A stretch of DNA of 15,591 nt from Thermotogota bacterium (lineage in GTDB: Bacteria; Bipolaricaulota; Bipolaricaulia; UBA7950; UBA9294), in NCBI GenBank assembly GCA_039679545.1, contig JBDKUT010000104.1:1-15591 (forward strand), written 5' to 3'. The position numbers and the translations under genes were made by a program. The notes under the pieces were generated by a model. It worked only from the letters and a program-made list of their open reading frames with translations. It did no database searches and was not told the DNA's origin. This document shows, in pieces, positions 1 to 6,247 of the stretch (positions are counted from its first letter, which is position 1; every line of letters starts with the position of its first letter).

Positions 1-165
1 AAGCCTGTCGTAGTCGAGCGCGAGATCCTTTGTGGAACCGAGGGCCTCGGCGTCGAGCCCGCAGCGGACGAAGGCCTCGGCGATGACTTCCGCCGTCGTC
101 AGCGGGTACGTAGAAAGCGTGAAGTCGAGGTCGAAGGCGATGTGGGTGGCGTCGCAGGTTCGCAT
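1..165 (-). CDS. HAD-superfamily hydrolase, 5' part (runs off the window edge)
   Basis: Not in the ORF track. Manual translation from ATG at 165 gives MRTCDATHIAFDLDFTLSTYPLTTAEVIAEAFVRCGLD..., open to base 1. FDLDFTL matches HAD motif I (DxDxT). Confidence 0.8.
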   Translation of the reverse strand, partial: MRTCDATHIAFDLDFTLSTYPLTTAEVIAEAFVRCGLDAEALGSTKDLALDYDRL

Positions 166-268
166 GAGTTGATCGGTCGTGTCCCCTCTCTTATGCTTCT
201 TCCTGTCTCGCGATCAAACGCGCGTACGGATCCTAGCTTACGGGATTCCGAGACCGGGAGGAGGACAG

Positions 269-853
269 ATGCGCATCATCGGAGGGGTCAAAGGGGGTCG
301 CCGGTTGGTCGAATGGGACGCCCCCGGCATCCGACCGATGCGCGATTTCGTCCGCGGCGCCCTGTTCAGCATCGTGTCCGACTTCATTCCGGATGCGACG
401 TTCCTCGACCTGTACTGCGGGACGGGGAGCGTGGGCCTGGAGGCCCTGTCGCGCGGCGCGCGGGCGTGCACGTTTGTTGATCGATCCCCCGAGGCGTGCG
501 CCATCGTCCGCAGGAATCTTGACGCGCTCGACTTCCTCTCCGCCGGTGAGGTGGTCGAAGGCGAGTGCCTCGAGGTTCTCGACCGTCTGGCCCGCGTCGG
601 CCGGAAGTTCGACCTCGTCTTCGTCGGCCCGCCGTACCACCAGGGGCTTGCCCCGAAGACGCTCGATCGACTCGCCGACGGGTGTCTTCTGACGGGCGAC
701 CCGGTCGTGATCACGGAGATTCACGAGCTTGAGTCGCTGGCTTCGCGCTTCGGAGGTCTCGAACTCGTAGATCGCCGCCGATACGGCGACAACCAGCTTC
801 TCTTCTATCGGCTGAGCACGGACGCACCGCGGGAGGAGCCGTCATCGTCATGA
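269..853 (+). CDS. rsmD: 16S rRNA (guanine(966)-N2)-methyltransferase RsmD family
   Basis: MRIIGG start, FLDLYCGTGSVGLEALSRGA SAM-binding motif, FDLVFVGPPY and C-terminal RRYGD. Strong SD GGAGGAGG precedes ATG 269, so the start is moved from 179. Confidence 0.92.
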   Translation: MRIIGGVKGGRRLVEWDAPGIRPMRDFVRGALFSIVSDFIPDATFLDLYCGTGSVGLEALSRGARACTFVDRSPEACAIVRRNLDALDFLSAGEVVEGECLEVLDRLARVGRKFDLVFVGPPYHQGLAPKTLDRLADGCLLTGDPVVITEIHELESLASRFGGLELVDRRRYGDNQLLFYRLSTDAPREEPSSS

Positions 854-1653
854 GCCCCGAGCCTGCTGCCACCATTCTGATCACGAATGACGACGGCATC
901 GCCGCTCCGGGACTGGTCGCTCTCCGGACGGCGCTCGCGTCGCTCGGGCGCGTCGAAGTCTTCGCTCCCGACCGGAACTGGTCGGCGGCGAGCCGTACGC
1001 GAACGTTCCACAAGCCGCTGCGGGTCGACCGCGTTCCGCTTCTCGACGGGAGCATCGGGTACGCGACGAGTGGAACCCCGTCGGACTGTGTTTCGCTGGC
1101 CTTGCTCGGCCTGCTCGATCGGAAGCCGAACCTGATTGTTTCTGGAATCAACGCGGGGCTCAACCTCGGTCGCGACGTCTCATACTCGGGCACGGTGGCC
1201 GCGGCGATGGAGGGCGTGCGCATGGGGATCCCGTCCGTCGCGGTCTCCTACGACACTGTGCGAGCTCCGAGCGACGACCTGGACTACGGCCGCGCGGCGG
1301 AGTTCGTGAAACGACTTACCGCCTACCTTCTCGAAGGGGAGCCTCTGCCGCCAGGGATCCTTCTTAACGTCAACGTGCCGTACGCGCCTGCCGGGCGGAC
1401 GCTCCGAGTCAAACTGACGCGTCTCGGCGGCGAGGCGTACTCGAACTACCTCGTGACGGGGAAGGACCCGCACGGTCGTGAGTACTACTGGGTCACAGGG
1501 GACCCGCTCACCGTCGACGAGGAGGACGGAACGGACCTCGGGGCGACCGCGGCGGGATACGTTTCGATCACACCGATCCACCTCGACATGACCGAGTACT
1601 CCCTCCTCGAGAAGCTTCAGCTCTGGGAAGACCGCCTCAATCAGAGAAGCTAG
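850..1653 (+). CDS. surE: 5'/3'-nucleotidase SurE
   Basis: ILITNDDGIAAPG, GTPSDCV, VSGINAGLNLG, YSGTVAAAMEG, LNVNVP and GYVSITP motifs. ATGA overlap with rsmD. Confidence 0.96.
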   Translation: MSPEPAATILITNDDGIAAPGLVALRTALASLGRVEVFAPDRNWSAASRTRTFHKPLRVDRVPLLDGSIGYATSGTPSDCVSLALLGLLDRKPNLIVSGINAGLNLGRDVSYSGTVAAAMEGVRMGIPSVAVSYDTVRAPSDDLDYGRAAEFVKRLTAYLLEGEPLPPGILLNVNVPYAPAGRTLRVKLTRLGGEAYSNYLVTGKDPHGREYYWVTGDPLTVDEEDGTDLGATAAGYVSITPIHLDMTEYSLLEKLQLWEDRLNQRS

Positions 1654-1776
1654 TTCGGTTCCGGTCAGTCCACTCAGCGTTCGCCACCATCTCCGACCGT
1701 CTGCGGCGGCTTTGTGCTTGCCTCGGAACCTTCTATGTAGATACAAAGAAGTGCAGGGCAAAGAAGGAGGCGGAAC

Positions 1777-2169
1777 GTGGACCTTGGGACTCGCGAGCGG
1801 CAGCGGGGAGTCATCCTCCTGGTCGGAATCGGGCTTCTGGCGGCCGGAGCCCTCGCTCTTCGACCGGAACCCACGCCTCGGGCTCCCGCTTCAGGCACGG
1901 CATTTGCCTTCTCCAACGTCCACGTGGTCGTGCCCGTGATCCGCGACGTGTCGAAGGTGAACATCAACACGGCGAATGCGGACGAGCTTACGACCTTGCC
2001 TGGGATCGGCGTGGCGCTGGCGGCGAGGGTCATCGCGTACCGGGAGCTGCACGGCTCGTTTGCGCGAATTGAGGACCTCGACGCCGTGAGCGGGATCGGG
2101 CCGAGCGTCATCGAACGAATCCGCGACCTCACGACCGTGGGCGACGGCCCGGAGGGAGAGCGTCAGTAA
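1777..2169 (+). CDS. comEA: ComEA-family helix-hairpin-helix DNA-binding protein with N-terminal membrane anchor
   Basis: N-terminal hydrophobic segment, then KVNINTANADELTTLPGIGVALAARVIAYRELHGSF..IEDLDAVSGIG. SD AAGGAGG lies before GTG 1777. Confidence 0.88.
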   Translation: MDLGTRERQRGVILLVGIGLLAAGALALRPEPTPRAPASGTAFAFSNVHVVVPVIRDVSKVNINTANADELTTLPGIGVALAARVIAYRELHGSFARIEDLDAVSGIGPSVIERIRDLTTVGDGPEGERQ

Positions 2170-3140
2170 TAGACCGAGCGGGTTCGATGGCGGTGCGCCG
2201 TCGCCTTGTACGAAGCGGCCTGTCCACGAGTCCAGAGGTAGACGTCGAGGTCGCGTGCCGTGGTGGTGCGGCCTCGCGCGCGGAGCTCTTCAACAAGGCG
2301 TTCCGCGGCGTGGACGGCGCAGGCCCGGACCTCCACTTCTTCTTCCGAACCTGCTTCGAGCAACTCCTCTCGCTCGATTCGCGCGACGAGACTCGGGTCG
2401 AAGACAAGGACGCCGTCGACGCGCAGGACGTGGGGGACAAGGTTGTCGGCGAAGATCGTAAGCCGGTCGAGGTCGTGGAACTGCCCCCACCCTTCGCTGC
2501 GCAGGGCGAGGTCGAGGTCCGAGGCGAGGATCTGGGCCCGCTTGTAGAACGGTACGTCGCGGCCGTTGTACGACGCCACGTCGTGGAAGAACGGCTGCGC
2601 ATCGAGGATCTCGACCAGGCGGGCGGCGGATCCGTCGGCCGTCTCGATGAGTCGGGTGAAGGATCCGTCGAACCGATCGAGGAGGTCGTGTCCGAGGTCG
2701 TTCCACGCGTGGGCGAAAAGATTCATTAGTTCGGCCACGACGGGGTCTCGCGTGTCCTGGCGGAAGAGGGCGGCGCACGTCTGCCCGGTGGCGGCGGCGA
2801 GCTCCTCGGGCGCGAACGGGCCGCGTCGGCGGAACCGGTCTGTGAGCGCCATCGCGATCGTGAAGTACCCCGAGCGTCCGGGGCGCTTCGCCAGGTGCGG
2901 GAAGTAGCCCGAGCCGAAGTTGACGGCGTCGAGGGTGACAACGTACGCAACGGTGTCCTCCGGGCGTCCGAGGAAGTGCGCGTCGTGATCGTACTCGGGG
3001 GACGGGAGTCGCGAGGCGTCGAGCCCTGCGGCGTAGCGGGTGAGGGCCGTCCCGTCGATGTGGATGAGGCGGGCGGTTCCTGTGACATCGCGGCAGGCGA
3101 TGCGTATGCGGTCGAACACGTCGGCAGCGTCGCTGATCAT
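2163..3140 (-). CDS. Queuosine salvage protein (Qng1/DUF2419/C9orf64 family queuosine-nucleotide N-glycosylase/hydrolase)
   Basis: Family motifs LDAVNFG, SGYF, VPFYKRAQILASDL, LTIFADNLVPHVLR, GSEEEVEVRA, LDVYLW and C-terminal HRTRSVYY. Confidence 0.88.
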   Translation of the reverse strand: MISDAADVFDRIRIACRDVTGTARLIHIDGTALTRYAAGLDASRLPSPEYDHDAHFLGRPEDTVAYVVTLDAVNFGSGYFPHLAKRPGRSGYFTIAMALTDRFRRRGPFAPEELAAATGQTCAALFRQDTRDPVVAELMNLFAHAWNDLGHDLLDRFDGSFTRLIETADGSAARLVEILDAQPFFHDVASYNGRDVPFYKRAQILASDLDLALRSEGWGQFHDLDRLTIFADNLVPHVLRVDGVLVFDPSLVARIEREELLEAGSEEEVEVRACAVHAAERLVEELRARGRTTTARDLDVYLWTRGQAASYKATAHRHRTRSVYY

Positions 3141-3148
3141 GGCCCGTC

Positions 3149-3198
3149 AGGATACCCGAGCGGCTCGTGAGGGACGAAGCGCCGCGACCCGCTAGAAT
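3149..3198. promoter_or_regulatory. Back-to-back -10 elements of putative leaderless divergent promoters
   Basis: TAGAAT at 3193-3198 is 5 nt before ATG 3204 (+). TATCCT on the minus strand at 3149-3154 is 8 nt before ATG 3140. Neither gene has an obvious SD. Confidence 0.55.
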
Positions 3199-3203
3199 GC
3201 GGC

Positions 3204-4154
3204 ATGCGTGCTGCGGGGAGCGTTCGGAGAGCGACCGGCCTCGGGCTCCTGGCGATGCTGATCTGGTCCACAACGGTCGGAGCGTCACGCGTCGTGATGG
3301 AGCGCCTCGGCGCCTTTCCCGGGGCCGCCGTGGTGCTTCTGGCGGGCGGCGTGCTGCTCCTCATCGCGACGAGCCTCCGCTACCGGGGATTCGGTTGGGC
3401 GCGCCGGCTCTCCACCCGGCACCTCGCGTACGCGGGGCCGCTCTTCGTCCTCTACATGGTGGCCATGTACTGCGCCGTGGGGCTCGCGACGACGCGCGTC
3501 GAGGCGATTGCTGCCGGACTCGCCAACTACCTCTGGCCAACGATGATCCTCGTGTTGGCCATCCTCTTGCTGCACAAGAGGCCGCGTGGAGTGACACTCG
3601 TACTTGGATCTCTTCTTGCGCTTTCCGGGATCGCCTTGGCCGCGTCGACAGACGTCGGCGGCCTAGGCGAGTTGACGGCGGTGTTTCGAACTCCGTCCCT
3701 CTCGATCGGACTGGGTCTCGTCGCGGGAGTGGCGTGGGGACTGTACTCGGTCCTCGTGCGAGTGCACCGGCAGGCCGTTCCGAGTGGAGCCATCGGACTC
3801 TTTCTGGTCGCAGCGGGTCTCATCATGGCCGTGCTCGGCGGAGCGAACTGGTCGGCCGTGCGTTTCGACCGAGGGACGGCGCTCGTCGTCCTCTACATGG
3901 CGTGTCTTCCCACGTCGCTCGCCTACTGGCTGTGGGACCTCGCGATGAGGGACGGCGACGTCCCGGCGCTCGGCGCCCTGTCGAACCTCATTCCGGTTGT
4001 CTCGGCGACGTTTGCGATGGCGGTTCTCGGCGTCGCGTGGAGGTGGGAGCTCGCGGGCGGAGCGGCCCTCGTCTCCCTGGGTGCGATCGTGGCTCGCGCT
4101 GCGTTTCGTGGGCCTGCAGCGGGTTCGCGACAAGGTGGATCCGCGCCCTCGTGA
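3204..4154 (+). CDS. EamA/DMT-superfamily transporter (YddG-like)
   Basis: About 10 hydrophobic segments in two repeats, with TGLGLLAMLIWS, NYLWP, AWGLYS and LAYWLWDLAMRDGD motifs typical of EamA/YddG proteins. Confidence 0.88.
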   Translation: MRAAGSVRRATGLGLLAMLIWSTTVGASRVVMERLGAFPGAAVVLLAGGVLLLIATSLRYRGFGWARRLSTRHLAYAGPLFVLYMVAMYCAVGLATTRVEAIAAGLANYLWPTMILVLAILLLHKRPRGVTLVLGSLLALSGIALAASTDVGGLGELTAVFRTPSLSIGLGLVAGVAWGLYSVLVRVHRQAVPSGAIGLFLVAAGLIMAVLGGANWSAVRFDRGTALVVLYMACLPTSLAYWLWDLAMRDGDVPALGALSNLIPVVSATFAMAVLGVAWRWELAGGAALVSLGAIVARAAFRGPAAGSRQGGSAPS

Positions 4155-4171
4155 CGTCAGGGCGCGGATCC
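4137..4171. terminator. 13-bp perfect inverted repeat between convergent genes (possible bidirectional terminator)
   Basis: GGATCCGCGCCCT (4137-4149) pairs with AGGGCGCGGATCC (4159-4171) around a 9-nt loop containing the EamA TGA. No U-tract on either side. Confidence 0.5.
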
Positions 4172-4208
4172 GGTCAACTACGCGGTGGATCTTCTTCGCC
4201 TGGTTCGC

Positions 4209-4781
4209 CTAGCCCTCGTCCTCCTCAGCGGGTTCCGCAGGCTCAGCCGGTTCTGCGGGGTCTGCCGGCCGTGCGGGGTGTGACGGGCGGACGTGGCGCG
4301 TTCGGATCCCGCGATGGGAGGGCGACGCCGTGAGATGTCCCTGGGACTGCATGAACATCATCTGCAGCTTCGTCATCTCCGCGGCCTCGTCCTCGTCCAT
4401 TCCGGCGGCGACGAGGTTCTTGAAGAATCCCACGAGGGCGTCGGAGGTCCTCTTCAGGTTTTCCGGCGAGTAGAGGGTGTCTTGGATCCCCCGCATCAGG
4501 GTCGGGATCCGTTCGGAGACGACGTCGAGCACCTCGCGAACCCCTTCGGCGCCCTCGACCTCCAGTTCCTCCAACTCCTCCTCGCGCTCGTCCAGTTCTT
4601 CCTCACGAGCATCGAGCTCGTTCTCCATCTCCTCGAGTCGTTCCTCCTGGCGCTCGATGCGGGCCTCCATCTCCTCCTGGAGCTTCTCGAGCTTCTCCCG
4701 CTCGTGCTCGAGGCGCTCCCGTTCCTTCTCGAGCTTTGCGCGCTCGATCTCGACTTCGTTGCGCTTCTCGTGATCGGCCAT
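4209..4781 (-). CDS. Hypothetical protein: acidic coiled coil, small helical domain and PAE-repeat tail (190 aa)
   Basis: Very strong SD AGGAGGAG before ATG 4781. E/R/K/L heptad-rich N-terminal half, then VLDVVSERIPTLMRGIQDTLYSPE...FFKNLVAAGMDEDEAAEMT. In frame with the upstream start at 5246. Confidence 0.8.
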   Translation of the reverse strand: MADHEKRNEVEIERAKLEKERERLEHEREKLEKLQEEMEARIERQEERLEEMENELDAREEELDEREEELEELEVEGAEGVREVLDVVSERIPTLMRGIQDTLYSPENLKRTSDALVGFFKNLVAAGMDEDEAAEMTKLQMMFMQSQGHLTASPSHRGIRTRHVRPSHPARPADPAEPAEPAEPAEEDEG

Positions 4782-5246
4782 GCTCCTCCTCTCTCTCTCA
4801 GTTCTAGGAATGGATCCTCGCGCGGGGATGTCCGTCCGAGAGCGCCGGAACGTGGCCTCGGACCCCCACGATGCAGGGACGTGGTCTCCGGCCTGAAGCG
4901 CGCTTTCGGAACAGCGTGTCCAATGAGCGACCGCGGCGGCGACGGCCGCCGACGGCTCCATGCCCTGTCGCTGCGCTTGTTCGACGAACGAGACGACGGC
5001 GTCGGCCTGATCGCGCGGGCGGTCCGTGCCGCTGGGTGACTGAGCGGCAGCGATCTTTCCTGCTGCCGCAGACGGGATTCCACCATTGACAAGGTGCTGG
5101 TAGAACGCGGCTGCGCTCATTGCGTACGCATAGGTGAGGCCTTGTCCGGAACGTGCTGTCATGCGTCGGACGGTGTCCTCTGCCAATCCCGCTGCGCGCA
5201 AGACGTCCTCCGGGGTGCGGACGCAAGCGACCTGTGTGACCGTCAT
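4209..5246 (-). CDS. Hypothetical protein, long form (345 aa): Ala-rich helical-repeat N-terminal region reading without a stop into the 4781-4209 protein
   Basis: ATG 5246 overlaps the anti-sigma TGA (ATGA) and has a GGAGG SD. The frame is open to TAG 4209. The true 3' end of the upstream part is uncertain. Confidence 0.55.
   Translation of the reverse strand: MTVTQVACVRTPEDVLRAAGLAEDTVRRMTARSGQGLTYAYAMSAAAFYQHLVNGGIPSAAAGKIAAAQSPSGTDRPRDQADAVVSFVEQAQRQGMEPSAAVAAAVAHWTRCSESALQAGDHVPASWGSEATFRRSRTDIPARGSIPRTERERRSMADHEKRNEVEIERAKLEKERERLEHEREKLEKLQEEMEARIERQEERLEEMENELDAREEELDEREEELEELEVEGAEGVREVLDVVSERIPTLMRGIQDTLYSPENLKRTSDALVGFFKNLVAAGMDEDEAAEMTKLQMMFMQSQGHLTASPSHRGIRTRHVRPSHPARPADPAEPAEPAEPAEEDEG
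4224..4277 (-). repeat. Imperfect 9-nt tandem repeat encoding PAR-PAD-PAE-PAE-PAE-PAE
   Basis: Translation ends PARPADPAEPAEPAEPAEEDEG. Codons differ synonymously between units. Confidence 0.7.
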
Positions 5247-5635
5247 AGCGTCGCCTCCGGCTTGGTTGCGCTGCCGCGCTTGCGCCCGACGATGCGCACC
5301 TCTTGTCCCATCACGCGAAGGCTGGTATGAACCGGTGCCGAGCGTCGCGCGTCGAACCCGAGCCGGAATCCGATAGCAAAGGACCCCACGTCGATGCGCG
5401 CCACGTCGCGGATTCCCGCCCCGAGCGTGACCTGCCTCCACACGCGTTCGCGGACGGAACCCGGCAGGCCGGCGTCACCGGTCAGTCCATGTCGCAGCCG
5501 GAGGACCTCTGCAAGCTCCAGGCGGCACGCGTCGCAGCCTCTCAGGTGCTCCGCGACCGCCGCCGCGTCGTCCGGACTGAGCTTCCCGGTCGCATACCAG
5601 GGAAGGACTTCGAGAACCCATTCGCAGGTCTTCAT
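5243..5635 (-). CDS. Zinc-finger (zf-HC2/ZAS) anti-sigma factor
   Basis: CEWVLEVLPWYATGKL...HLRGCDAC (HxxxCxxC). ATGA overlap with the ECF sigma gene. Confidence 0.87.
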   Translation of the reverse strand: MKTCEWVLEVLPWYATGKLSPDDAAAVAEHLRGCDACRLELAEVLRLRHGLTGDAGLPGSVRERVWRQVTLGAGIRDVARIDVGSFAIGFRLGFDARRSAPVHTSLRVMGQEVRIVGRKRGSATKPEATL

Positions 5636-6138
5636 GTCAGCACCTTGGCGAGCGCTTTCCTCGCGTGGAACATCCGCGACTTGACCGTCCCTTCGGGAAT
5701 TCCCAGCACGGCAGCCGCCTCGCCGAGGGTCATCTCCTCATAGAACACGAGGTGCAGGACCTCGCGGAGATGCGGCGGGAGGTTCGCCACGGCATCCTCG
5801 ACCCGGACGCAGAGTTCGGTGGTCTCGGCTGGATCGGGCTCAGCGACCGGCTCTTCGGGGGTTCGTTCTCCGCGCTTCTCCCGACGCAGGAGGGCGTATC
5901 CTTGGTTCTTCGCGATCCCGAGGATCCACGTCGTCGCCTTCGACGCTCCCCTAAACCTATCTGCGTTCTTCCAGACAGCGACCATCGTCTCTTGGAGCAC
6001 CTCCTCCGCCAGGTGGGGGGCTCGCAGGAGGGAGAGCGCGAACCGGAAGATCCGGTCGGCGTGGCGTTCGTACAGCTCACGGAACGCGACTCGGTCTCCG
6101 CGAGCGACGGCGCGCAGCAACGCTTCGTCCGTCTTCAC
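5632..6138 (-). CDS. ECF-subfamily sigma-70 factor
   Basis: Region 2 (AFRELYERH...AEEVLQET...TWILGIAKN) and region 4 (LGIPEGTVKSRMFHARKAL), 168 aa. GGAGG SD lies 7 nt before GTG 6138. Confidence 0.95.
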   Translation of the reverse strand: MKTDEALLRAVARGDRVAFRELYERHADRIFRFALSLLRAPHLAEEVLQETMVAVWKNADRFRGASKATTWILGIAKNQGYALLRREKRGERTPEEPVAEPDPAETTELCVRVEDAVANLPPHLREVLHLVFYEEMTLGEAAAVLGIPEGTVKSRMFHARKALAKVLT

Positions 6139-6182
6139 GCCGCGCCCTCCATCCGACCCCTCCAGTTGGGTTGTCTGACTAT

Positions 6183-6210
6183 GAGTGGACGTCCAAGCCC
6201 TTCGGGTTCA
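6183..6210 (-). promoter_or_regulatory. Candidate ECF-dependent (autoregulatory) promoter
   Basis: The minus strand reads TGAACC (6210-6205), 18 nt, then ACTC (6186-6183) upstream of the ECF gene. AAC-containing -35 elements are typical of ECF promoters. Confidence 0.4.
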
Positions 6211-6247
6211 CTCGCCTCGCTCCGCTGTCCTCCGAATGTGGGGAGGC

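Noticed and set aside
1654..1776. AT-richer patch with a CTTTGT/ACAAAG inverted pair upstream of comEA as a competence regulatory site or small RNA
   Set aside because: The arms are only 6 bp and I cannot match them to a known box or a well-spaced promoter.
3663..4211. Possible amber read-through past TAG 4209 (ANQAKKIHRVVDRIRALT..., with a hairpin downstream)
   Set aside because: The protein already ends in a natural low-complexity tail, read-through would run far antisense into the EamA gene, and no pyrrolysine machinery is visible in the window.
4789..4799. (GA)5 run as a phase-variation switch
   Set aside because: Five units is too short for typical slipped-strand switching and the run is adequately explained as a purine-rich SD leader.
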